Shown: positions 26,697 through 38,908 of the stretch, piece by piece
How the letters are laid out: the number at the start of each line of letters is the position of its first letter
How positions within the stretch are numbered: position 1 is the stretch's first letter
NCBI GenBank assembly: GCA_951406725.2
Contig: OX597818.1
Location: 97,340,001-97,404,000 of the forward strand
Direction: 5' to 3'
DNA length: 64,000 bases
From: Octopus vulgaris
Lineage: Eukaryota
Program-made: the position numbers and the translations under genes
Notes under the pieces: model-generated
Told to the model about the DNA's origin: nothing
Database searches by the model: none
What the model saw: the letters and a program-made list of their open reading frames with translations, nothing else

Positions 26697-29600
26697 AAGC
26701 AACACAAAAATTTACAAAAGTAAATGGAAGAGCTCTCTCAGGAAGAACATACTATTAATTTTTTATAATAGTATATGCTTTGAATAGTCCATTGTTTGGG
26801 TTAGCTCAGTTTTTGAATAACTTCTTGACTTCCAGTGAAATACTCAATCCAAAGTAAGGAATACTCAATCCGAAACATAGATGGTTCAAATTCATACAAT
26901 TGACCTTCCTGACATATTCATTTCACTATCATGATATATCTACTTCATCTGGTCAAGCCTGCTTGGACATTTTTAACTCACACACAGACATCCATCTCAG
27001 ACCTGCATTAATTGAAGGAAATCTTCAGAGAGGCATGCAGTGTTCCTGGTGATTTGATCTACATATGTATTTTCAAACAACCAGCTTGAGTATAGCTATG
27101 CTTTGGATTCCATAGCAATATGTCACTTGCCAGTGTCTGCTTAATCACAATTAATTGAAGATATCCAACTACAATCAGCATATAATAAACCTGTTCCTCC
27201 CATCATACTTTCGCTTCTCTCACTCTCTTCCCCTAAACTCAGCTTCTTTCAAAATCCTCTCTTCTAATCTCCCTCTTAGAGTAATGAGTATGAGGTCTTT
27301 AATAGTTTTAGTTCATATTTCAAATCTTGTTTGTTAAATTTGTTCTACTCTTATTCTGTTGGCTTTCAAACTGTCCGTTGTCTCATCTGTATGACGATTT
27401 TGTACTTATAATTTTCATTTGTGGAAACACAGCATTTTTCTCTTACTTGTTTCAGTCATTGGACTGCAACTATGCTAGGGTACCACCTTGAAGGGTTTAG
27501 TCAAAGAAATCAACCCCAGCATTTTTTTTTTCATGTTTGGCACTTACTCTCTGTTTCTTTTGTCAAGAAGTAGTGGGTGAATAAACACAAACACACATAT
27601 ATATACAGGCAGTGGTGGGACACACACACACTCACACACAATTGTTTCTTTGTCTACCAAATCCACTCATAAGGCCTTGGTTTACCTGAGGTTATAGTAG
27701 AAGACACTTGGCCAAAGTGCCTTACAGTGGGACTGAATCTGATACCATGTGGTTGGGAAGCAAACTTCTTACCACGCAGTCACACCTGTACCTATTTGTG
27801 GAAAAATTTAGTATTTTTAGTTGAAAGTACAGCTTATATACAAACTCTCCTAAGTCTGGATTCTTTATTGGCTTTGCTGATGAGAATTCTATTAATCAGT
27901 TGCTTAATCAACTGAACTACCTCTTAAATAAACATATAAATGATTGTTTCCACATGTATATATTTAGTGTAATTCTCATTCAATGACAAGGCTGAACCTT
28001 TGAAGTACATGTACAGTCCATTTGGCAGGCTTCCACATATTTTCTGCCTACACCCAGTTTCACTCACAAAGCTTAAATCAACCCTAATCTATGATAAAAG
28101 ACACTTGCCCAAGATACTGCACACTGGATCAAACTTGGGACTTCATAATTGCAAATCTCTTAACCACCTGGCCATACCTTCTTTCATATTTGAGGTAGTA
28201 ATGCCATAGTAATATCTAAATATTTTAGTTTTTGAAGTTAAGTGAACAGTACAAAAATTTTGAAGTCATGTTAAATGATTACATCAAGATTTATATTGAA
28301 TATTAAGTGTAATTACATAAATCTCTAGTTGCTACCTTTATCTTTTATCCTTTATTTTGATAACTTTTGTTGGTAGGATTGTTATTGATGGCCAAATTAT
28401 TTATGTGTTCGTGAAAGAGAACTAAACAATGCCAGAACAAACTTAAAAATAACTAGCTTTAGCTGTCTTAGTAGTACATTGTTGTGTGACTAAAACAAAA
28501 AAAAAATGCTTATTCATCTTTTAACTTTTTATCTTTTACTTGTTTCAGTTGTTGGACTGAAGGGCTTTAATCAAACAAATCAACCTGCTTGTACTTATTT
28601 ATTTTTAAAGTTTGTTGCTTATTTTATTGGTTGCTTTTGCAGAATTACTAAGCTAGCAGGATAAAAACAAATGAAAACCAGTTGTCAAGCTCAGATATAT
28701 TTTTTCATGCTCAGAATTGATGAAGCATGGAATAAACTAACTGCATCAGTTGTTAGCCATCAGGTCACTGCATCCTTCGAAACTTCCATGCTTCCTGAAA
28801 TTCGCCATCAGTATGCCTGATGCCCCCCCCCACCGTTTTTTTTTTTTTGGGTAAACTTATTCACTATTCACTTCCTGTGCACATTCTGTGTACTGTTCAT
28901 GCAGTTTTAGTTACTTTTTCTGATGAGCTGTAGTGCACCTGAGCACTGTATACAATAAATTCATTAATATTACTAATAAAGTGGGTGCCCGAGGGGGACA
29001 TAGACACACACATACATACACACATAATGAGCTTCCACATGATCTCTGTGTGCTAGATTTACTCACAAGGCATTGGTTGGCCTTGGCTATATATAGGAGA
29101 AGGCATTTGTCCAAGTTGCCTTGCAGTGTGATTGAACCTAAAACCACTTGGTTACAAAGTAAGCTTCTTAACCACTCAGCCATGCTTGCTGCACCTTAGT
29201 TAAAAGTCTTAAAATTTTATTCCCTCAATTTTATATATATATGTATATATGGTCATTGCCAGTGCCGCCTGACTGGCCCCTATGCTGGTTGTATGTAAAA
29301 AGCACAATTCAAGCGTGGTCGATGCCAGTGCCACCTGACGTTCCTGCATGCTAGTGGCACGTAAAAAGCACCCACTATACTCTTGGAGTGGTTGGCATTA
29401 GGAAGGGTATCCAGCTGTTGAAGCTTTGCCAGATCAGATTGGAACCTGGTGCAGCCTCTTGGCTTGCCAGTCCTCAGTCAAACCATCTAACCCATGCCAG
29501 CATGGAAAGTGGACGTTAAATGATGATGATTATATATATATATGTATATCTCATAGACACTGATGATTTGATTATTTTTATTGCTTGGACTTGTAGAACT

Positions 29601-30584
29601 TGTAAGCAACCAGTTTTTTTTTTTCAACCAAATGTTCCCCTTTCCCTCTGATTTTCACTCCACTTGCACTCTTTGCTTACTTACCCTGTCCAGTCCTCTG
29701 TACCACTCCACTTACATTCACCTCCTTGTATCTTGAGGGTATGCCCTAGCACATCTTTACCACCATCTTTCTCTCTCTCTCTGATTGGGATAGCCATATA
29801 TTTCCTCTACAGCAAAACATCTGTTTCTGTCCTACTGTCATAGTTTAAATTTCTCATCACTTGGCACAAAACCACCTCCCTCAATACCACTCACCCTCTC
29901 TTTGTCTTGGAAGTTATCTGCAGTGCAGTTTGGTGCCATGGAAAAAAAAACAAAAACATCCATACGTTCTGTAAAGTGGTTGGTGTTAGGAAGGGCATCC
30001 AGCTGTATAAACCGTGTCAAAGCTGACTGTAGAGCTTGTTGCAGTTCTCTGGCTTATTTGCTCCTATCAAACTGTCCAACCAATTCCAGCATGGAAAATG
30101 GCTGTTAAATGATAATGATGCTAATTATTGCCTAAGAAGGTATACATCATTTACATCTGTCACAAAATAAATATATTCTGAAGATTACCTCCAAACAATA
30201 AAACGTTTGTTTTTTTTTGTTTCTCATTTTACTTTATTCTTCTTAATGTATGGGTTTTAGAATCCAAGAAGTTTATTAATTGCCAAGTTGTATAGTTTCT
30301 TCATGAAAAGCTGTTTGAGCACTTAGAAGGGTGTAACCAATAGGAAACTTTAGGATATCACATTGCCAAGACCTTGACTTGCAGACAATGCTGTCAACAT
30401 TTGAAATGCTGAAATTCAAACCAGATTTGTTTGGTATCCTTCCTCAATTTATAAGCTATTGATATCATCAAAATAGGCCACTGCTTTGCTGTAGATATTT
30501 AAATAATTAGCAAAGTGGTTTATTTAAGACAGTTGTTTTTTATGAGCTTCAGTGTGTATGTGTGTTTGAAAAATGTCCCTTGAT

Positions 30585-31172
30585 ACTCTCTCTCTCTCTC
30601 ACATTCACTCTCTCTCTCTCTCTCACATTCATTCACTCTCTCTCTCTCTCTCACATTCACTCTCTCTCTCACATTCACTCTCTCTCTCACATTCACTCTC
30701 TCTCACATATTCACTCTCTCTCACATATTCACTCTCTCACATTCACTCTCTCTCATGTTCACTCTCTCCCGTTCACTCTCTCTCTCTCACGTTCACTCTC
30801 TCTCTCTCACGTTCATTCTCTCTCTCTCTCACGTTCATTCTCTCTCTCTCTCACGTTCACTCTCTCTCTCTTACGTTCACGTTCATTCTCTCTCTCTCTC
30901 ACGTTCATTCTCTCTCTCTCACGTTCCTCTCTCTCTCTCGTTCACTCTCTCTCTTACGTTCACTCTCTCTCTCTCACGTTCACTCTCTCTCTCGCGTTCA
31001 CTCTCTCTCTCTCTCTCACATTCACTCTCTCTCTCTCTCTCTCTCTCACATTCTCTCTCTCTCTCTCTCTCACATTCGCTCTCTCTCTCTCTCTCACATT
31101 CACTCTCTCTCTCTCACATTCACTCTCTCTCTCTCACTTTCACTCTCTCTCTCATTCACTCTCTCTCTCTCT
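30585..31172. repeat. Compound (CT)n minisatellite, unit about CACATTCA(CT)n or CACGTTCA(CT)n
   Basis: Directly visible tandem units. They explain the three overlapping low-complexity ORFs at 30562-31345. Confidence 0.95.
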
Positions 31173-31845
31173 GTCGTTCATTTTCAAACTCATTGAGTCA
31201 TACTCATTCACTTGCATACTTATTTACTCCCACAGCCACATATTTACTCCCACATTTAATATCAGATGTTTTAAGTAAAATAGTTGAAGTATGGTATACT
31301 GATTCATTACAAATGATAAGAACCTCATTCTGTCATGTAAGATAATTAGTTCAAACTGCTGTGATGTTCCCAATCAAAGTTATTGTTTTGACAAGAAATT
31401 TCTTAATATTGAACATGCAAAACTTTTATATCTTTGAAATCTAAACTGTGTTTAAAATATCAATTAAAATGCTAAATTGTCCCTTTCTCTACTGTTCACT
31501 TGTTTTATATAGCTTAAGATCTGTTTATGATGATACAGCTTAGGTTTTCCTATCTTATATTTGTTTAGATATATTGTTTCCACCTGAGTTTCATTTCATA
31601 ATAATCTGTTTCATGTGAAATTCCAGTTAGGTGTAATGATTCCTTGTTTGTACACTAATGACCTAGACCTTGTAATAACAGTGCTATTTTTACTTATATT
31701 ATAGAGTTCTTTCCTTCTACATTACATTCTGTTTTGTTTTTTTCCCTATATTCTTGGTATACTTTGTGTCGTTGCAAAGATTAACTTTGTGTATGTATTG
31801 CTTTCATGATTGCTGACCTTTTTGTTTTATCTCTTCTGCATTCAG

Positions 31846-31854
31846 AACAAGAAG
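31846..31854 (+). CDS. ARFIP: Candidate 9-nt cassette microexon of arfaptin (AACAAGAAG; adds E-Q-E)
   Basis: Branch-like tgctgac (31811-31817), polypyrimidine tract, TGC at 31837-31839, acceptor ttcag, consensus donor AAG|GTAAGT. Phase 1 to 1, no stop. Confidence 0.6.
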
Positions 31855-33838
31855 GTAAGTTTGGCTTATGAAATCAGCCCTATCACAACATCTACTTCTC
31901 TTCTCCTGTTTCATAAGGAAGTGCCTTTATTGCCAGTTTTTTTAATATTTAGCTTATTTTGACCATCATGGTCAAGGCCATATTGAAGCCTCACACACAC
32001 ACACACGAGCAGACATGGCTGTATGGTTTAGAGGTTTGCTTTTTAATGACAAGGTTTAGGGGGTTTTGAGTTCAGTCCCACTACACATCACCTTGGGCAA
32101 GTTTTTCTACTTGTTAGCAAATTTGGTAAATGGAAGCTGAAAGATGTTCACAATGTACGTGTGTGTGTGTGTGTGTGTGTATGTCTGCATCTGTTTACAT
32201 TTATGCTCAATGAAAGTTGCAAGCTGCAAGCAGTGTTGTCATTGTTACTTGTCAACAAATTGTCCACTTACTTTGCACCTTAGAGATTCCTTACTTGACA
32301 GAAAAGATAATGGTTAGTGATGGGAAGGGCATCTAGCAGTAAAACAATGCCTCACTGATTTATTCATCTAACCCATGGAGAAGTGGACATAAAATGAACT
32401 AATACATGTACACACACACACTAGATTTAAATAAATAACCAACTGAAAATAGAGGAGTAAAATGTAATTGTAGGTGTCGGTCTTGGAAATCTTTATTTCT
32501 TTTTTTCTGCAGTTCTTATCTGAAAGAAGAAAAAAACCGATTCTGCTGCTAAATCTGAGAGATTTATGTTTCTTGAACTCATATTTCAATATGTTGGGTT
32601 GCTGTTAGAGTTGAATAGTTGTTCTGAAGTTAATAGAGTATCGAATAGTAAATTAGAAGTGAAGGGTACTACTACTGTTCCATCAAGGGCAGAGGATAAT
32701 GGAAGAGAACTGGGAAGATAGTTTAATTTGATCATTATAGTTTGAAAGGCATCATAATTCTTCCTTTATTTATTATTGTTGTAACGTTTCAACTTTACTG
32801 AAACTTAGTGTTGTTTCTCTCTTTGGTGTATTTGTTTTCAAAATTGACAACATGTAAATATCTAAATTTTTTTCTCTTATATTCTGTTGCCATTTGTTTC
32901 TCATTATTGATGTTGTCTCTATATTAAATACTCAGAGTTTTTAGTATGAATCACTCTTTGAGTTGACTTCTATGCATGTTTGAAATCATATTGTCTAAAG
33001 TGTTCTCTCACACTCAAATTCCTACTCACACTCTTACTTTCTCTCTCAGCTATATGCACTCACTCAACCACATGTATTCTCTCATTGGATATTATGCACT
33101 TAATTTTTTACAGTCAATTACAGTTATTCTCTATCATTTTTATTCACTTGCATATTTTTTTTTCACTCATATACATACATACATACTAATTTTCATTCAT
33201 GTGTGTACACATACACTCCTTCTTGTGCACATACACTCCTTTCCAATCAAATGTGTGCACACATCTTTACCCTCACTCACATTCATGTACGCTCTCACAT
33301 TCATCACTTACTCACATTTGCTTCTGTTTCCATCTTATTTGCTTTTGTTCATGCACGAACTAATTTTTGTTCATTGATGCACACACACACACATTTTATT
33401 TCATTCACTCATGCAAACATATACCTTCCTTTATTCTCATGTATACAGACACATACACACACACATTTGTTTCATTTGCTATCTCTCTCTCTCTCTCTCT
33501 CTCTGTCTCTGTCTCTGTCTCTCTGTCTCTCTGTCTCTCTCTCTCACACACATTGACTCTTATGTGCACAGTTTCTTGCTCTCTTTGACAATTATTTATC
33601 ATCATCTGTAAATACTTTGGGCATTTTACGAAAACATATTTCCTAAAATATCATCTCCCCTCTTGATTTTGAGATTTACCTCCCTTCTATAAACTCTTTT
33701 TTTTGTTTTTTGTCAAAATTTTTCAAAATTTTAAATATTTCTTGTCTCTTTCTCTACTACTGCTTTTATATCATATTGACCATTTCTTTCTTTACATTAG
33801 CTTTTTGCTTTTTAATTTCTGAATTATAATTTTCAATA

Positions 33839-34223
33839 GGCGTAGGAGTGGCTGTGTGGTAAGTAGCTTGCTTACCAACCACATGGTTCCGGGTTCAGTC
33901 CCACTGCTTGGCACCTTGGGCAAGTGTCTTCTACTATAGCTTCGGGCTTACCAAAGCCTTGTTAGTGGATTTGGTAGATGGAAACTGAAAGAAGCCCATC
34001 GTATACATGTATATTTATATGTGTGTCGATGTTTGTCCCCCCCAACATCGCTTGACAACCAATGCTGGTGTGTTTATGTCACCGTAACTTAGTGGCTCTG
34101 CAAAAAGAGACCGATAGAATAAGTACTAGGCTTTCAAAGAATAAGACCTGGGGTCGATTTGCTCGACTTAAGGCGGTGCTCCAGCATGGCCACAGTCAAA
34201 TGACTGAAACAAGTAAAAGAGTA
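33839..34223 (+). mobile_element. Full-length tRNA-derived SINE (family A, CORE-like centre)
   Basis: GGCGTAGGAGTGGCTGTGTGGT (A box), GGGTTCAGTCCC (B box), central ccttgggcaagtg, 3' end tgactgaaacaagtaaaagag. Degenerate copies at about 5605-5870, 13810-14100, 27439-27790(-), 36846-36995, 48354-48685 and 49480-49790(-). Confidence 0.85.
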
Positions 34224-37078
34224 TAATATGAAGGAACATAAACAGTTATTTTCACTTATTTGGTTCAGTCTAGTCAATATTATCTTGAGTATATGGTAGT
34301 TACCTAGCTTACATTAAAGATAAAATGACCTAGCTACTTTATGGATCTTAAACCATTTCTCTCTAATTTTATTTCTTAGTATATTTTTTATTACAAGTCA
34401 AGTTCTTTCAGTTTAAAAGTACAACAAACAAATGATACCTATTTGTATCATATTTAGTATATTTTGATGTAGGTTACATTATTGATTTTATTACTCTAGA
34501 CAGAGAAATTTCTCATGGCTCGACCTGATGATTATATTTGTCACTGTCTTTATCTACGTAGAAGTTTCTATTTTTCATCCATACATATTCTGAATATTTT
34601 ATTAAAATTGATTGTGACTCAATCAATCTTTAAAAGCTGTTACTACCTTCTTTCTAAACCATTTTTTTCTAATCTTTCTTTGGTGTGTTTGTGCATGCGT
34701 GTGCTTGTGTGTGTATGTATGTGCACGTACAGGTGCGCATGTGTGTATGTGTTTATATATATTTTTATGTTTTGATTGTATTTTCATCTTTTAGCTTTTA
34801 CATTTAATAGATACAAAAAAAAATTTCTATTTACTTACATCTTCACTTAATTGCTTATGCCAATATTTCTTCCTCCCCACTTCTGTTAATCCAGTCAGAA
34901 CAAGTTTAAAAAACTACATATGATCAATATTTTAAAATTACAGCAATGAATTATTTTTTAATTTAATTCCTTTGATTACCTAAGATAGTTGGGCATTGTT
35001 TTGTGCATATATAGTATACTAAAAACAAATTAATATTTTTAGAGTGTAATGAAAATTTTATTTCTCTCTAATGTTTATATTTGAAATGGCTGTCCCAACA
35101 AGAAAACAATTCCTCAAGAAAATTTGAATCATGAAGCTCTCTTAGCTTATTGGAATGGTGGCAACTTACACAGGGGAACATGCATGATCTGTTGTTAGTT
35201 TCTTGTATTGTTACTTGTATTATATGAATTTCAAATAAAAATTTTTCCTAGTCTTAAAATTATCATTCCACTTTAAAGTGGCTGATGATTTGTTAAGTGT
35301 TTTGTATTTATTCTGGATGAACCTTGTTTTATACTATTTCTGTTGTGTTTGGGGAGAGTCATTTTCTTTTTGTGCCTTATAATGTAACACACTCACTGGT
35401 AAAATTTCCACTTATTTCTTATTTTTATTTTCCTAAATACACAAACTCACATAACACACAGACTCATATAAAGAACCTTGCAAAACAAATCCAAATATGA
35501 AGTAATACTATTTGTTTAATGACAATATAAATACTGTTCATACTATTGACACATAAGCAACTATGATCTAATAGCATGTACCATGTTTTCACTAATTGTT
35601 TTGGGTGCCTATGTAGTTGCAAGCAGACATAGACACCCTCTAAACCTCTCTATCCATTGACCCAACTGATTATCGAGGATGTGATGGCTAGGAGAGAAGG
35701 CTGCAACAGTACACAGCTGGTACCCATTTCAACTTATTAAACTGAAGCAATGTGAAATGAAGCACCTGGCCTAAGGATACAACATGCTACCTAGTCCACA
35801 AATCAAGCCCATGACCAAATACGTGTGAACTCAATACCTGAGCCACTTAGCCATGACAATATACCATGTTTAAATAGTGCAGAAAATGTGAAATAAAAGG
35901 ACATAACCTGGAAGATTAGTAGCTGCTCACTTGCTTCAAGCTCCCTTAGATTTACAAGTAAATATATTAATATAAGTGGATTGGATTAGTTTGATGTTTC
36001 AATTGTTGTAAACATCTTTTTTTGTTAATTGCATATATAGTTTTTGAAAGGAGAAATTTGGGTTTTATATCTACTTAAAATTGTAAATCCTAAGCTAGTT
36101 AATCGAGTAATATTTTGGTAAAATTCAAATGAAGAAAAAAAATCCCTCATTTCTTTATAGATATCAAATTGAGGGTTCTTCTTCACAGACTATGGTATAG
36201 TTATACTGCACTAGAGTATTCTTTTCTACTCTTGGCATAAGGCCTGAAATTTTGGGGGAGGGGACCAATCAGTTAGATCAACCCCAGTACACAACTGGTA
36301 CTTAATTTATCAACCCCCGAAAGGATGGAAAGCAAAGTTGACCTCGGCAGAATTTGAACTCAGAACATAAAGACATGAAATACCACTATGCATTTCGCCT
36401 GGCATGCTAACATTTTTGCCAGCGTGAACCTTCTGAACTAGGCTATTAAGAAATGATGGTTTTCTGATTAAATTCGGGATGAGGTCCTTTTGTTTTACAC
36501 AATCTTGATCAATTAAATTATTTCATTTTCTTATAAAATACTCAATGTGTGTGTGTGTGCATAGTACTGGGTATGTATGTATTTGTATGTCTACATGTAG
36601 TTTGACATACTGTCATTAACATAATTAATTGGACAACTTTTTATTTCATTTACAAATGCAAAGATCAAGGTAACTTGTAATTTTTTTTTCTATAGTTGTA
36701 GGGTAAAGAAATGGGTGAAGTTAGCCTGGATATTGTAAATGCTCAAATATTTTGTGTTGTTTAGCTGTAGGTCTACCATGAGCAAGGAGACATATAATCA
36801 ACCATGTTCTAGCTATCTCCATCTACTTCTTATAGATACATACATAGGCATATATGTGGATTTGTGATTAAAACGGTTTCTTCCCAACCACGTGGTTACA
36901 GGTTCTAGCCTACTGCATGACACTTTGGGCTGATGTCCTCTGTTAGAGCTCTTGTGAGAGGATTTGGTAGACAGAAATTGAAAGAAGCCCATCATATATA
37001 CATACACACACTTGTACATACATATGTATGTATAGGTGAATATGAGTATGTGTGTGTATGTGACTCCTTGTCTTGACA

Positions 37079-37469
37079 TCTCTCTATATATAAAGCTGAA
37101 GTTGTCTGTGTATGGCAGGTTTGGTAGCCTTCAACTAGCACTATCTCCTCCGAGACCCTGCGGTGCAAGCTGACCAAAATTGAGAGTATGATAGAAGGCT
37201 TGCTCTTCATTCCATAGAAGAAAAAATTCAAATTGGACCATGTTAAGACCAAAAATTATTTACATCAAAAAGGTGCTATTTTTCTATGAAAATCCCTATT
37301 TTTTAACGATTTTTTTTATTGCTGTGTTGCCATTTTTTGGTGTATTTTAACCAGAAAAATGTTCACTTAAAGAGAATCACAAGCTACAGAATGCAAAATT
37401 TTTACTTTTCAAAAATTCCAATTCTAAAGGGTCGAAACAAACCCGAGCAACGCCAGGTGGTACTGCTAG
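37079..37469 (+). mobile_element. Non-autonomous Helitron, second copy
   Basis: A|TCTCTCTATATATAAAGCTG ... CCCGAGCAACGCCAGG..TACTGCTAG|T. Same family as 2361-2742 in opposite orientation. Confidence 0.85.
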
Positions 37470-37482
37470 TACATACATATAC

Positions 37483-37568
<86 letters not shown>

Positions 37569-38273
37569 TCATACATACATATGTATGTATAGGTGAATAT
37601 GAGTATGTGTGTGTATGTGACTCCTTGTCTTGATATTGTATGGTAGTTATGAGTGTCACAGTCATAAAAGCAGTGTTATGTATCGTCATGATTGTCATTG
37701 TTTAATGTTCGTCTTCCAATGGTTTGACAGAAGGCTGCACCAGACTTCTGTGTCTATTTTGGTATGGTTTTTATGGCTGGATGCCCTTCCTAACATCAAC
37801 CACCCACAGAGTGGATTGAGTGCTTTTTACATGGCATGAGCTCATGCAAGGTCAGTTTTGGCATGGTTTTTACAGCTGGATGCCCTTCCAAGTACCAACC
37901 ACTTTACAGTGTGGACTGGATACTTTTTGCGTGGCACCAGCGCTGACAGGGTCACCAAATAACTTGCAAGACAAAAGTCCTTTGAGAGCAAAGGGGCATT
38001 ATTCTGCGTAAACATGTCTAACCATGGGTAAACATTATCTTGCTTGAAAAAAGGTGAAGGTTATTGACAGGAAGGGCGCCCAGCCATAGAAAATCTACTT
38101 CAGTAAACTTCAGCTGACCCATGCAAGCATGGAAAAGTGGACGTTAAAACAATGATAATGTTATATATATACATACATATTATTACTGTTTATTTTATGT
38201 TCAGTCATAATAAAAACAATTTTACATTAATCTTAAGGGTTACTCCAGACTTTTCTAGAATATAAATTTATTG

Positions 38274-38367
38274 TTCTTTTATAAAAATAGTATTGACAGT
38301 GTTTTCTGATGATTACTAAGCTGGCTGAAACGTCAAAGTCACTGTCAATACTATTCTTGTTAAAGAA
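38274..38367 (+). ncRNA. Minimal hammerhead-ribozyme-like core inside a short inverted repeat
   Basis: CTGATGA (38306-38312), degenerate stem II, GAAAC-GTC (38327-38334), stem I TTTT/AAAG extended by arms aatagtattgacagtg and cactgtcaatactatt. Confidence 0.45.
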
Positions 38368-38515
38368 TAAAAAGAAAACGCATACACACACACACCAGTC
38401 TACATTGTTCCATGTACATTTGCTACCATATTTCTGTTGAAATACACTGCTCTTGCAACAAGCAAAAATGATAGTTCTAAAATCTCCCTAAGAGATCAAC
38501 ACAGTAGCTGTACTC

Positions 38516-38908
38516 ACAATTAATATTCGTAGCCATTTTAACATGGCTGTCCAGTTGAGTGGACTCTGTGATTTTTTAACCCCAAGAGGACATCTCCTTT
38601 GGCTGGTTAACAATGCCCAGCTGCATCCGATAAAACTAGGAGCAGAGGAGTGAACCCTTATCATCTCCTAGTGATGGGACCAGTAGACATCATTGACAGA
38701 CAAGGTGTCCAGTACTGACGAGTGACAGAAATAGCCTGAAACCAGGACTGGTCTACTTGTCCCATTGCTAGGAGATGGTAGGGTTTTGCTCCGCTGATCG
38801 CATTTTTATCTGATGCAGCTGTGCATCGTAAACCAGCTAGAGGAGGTGTCCTTTTGGGATTAAAAAATCACGGTAAACTCTGTTAAAGTGGCTACGAATA
38901 TTACTTGT
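38516..38908. repeat. Fold-back element (about 170-bp imperfect arms, about 60-nt spacer)
   Basis: taatattcgtagccattttaaca...gggaccagtagac pairs with gtctacttgtccc...tgttaaagtggctacgaatatta. Confidence 0.85.

Noticed and set aside
30562-31345. Three long overlapping ORFs (238, 207 and 196 aa)
   Set aside because: Translations of the CT-rich minisatellite, which lacks stop codons in all frames; Ser/Leu/His low complexity.
32491-32523. Strong acceptor ctttatttctttttttctgcag at 32512
   Set aside because: In the required phase 1 it reaches TGA after three codons and no convincing donor follows; a poison or terminal exon cannot be supported from sequence alone.
33839-33910. tRNA-like sequences (also 15040-15115 minus and 62010-62082 minus)
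   Set aside because: A and B boxes are present but continue into SINE bodies and do not form a proper cloverleaf; these are SINE heads, not tRNA genes.
34486-34560. Possible exon after ttactctag or ctagacag
   Set aside because: One acceptor gives an early stop (DREISHGST*), and the other has only a weak donor.
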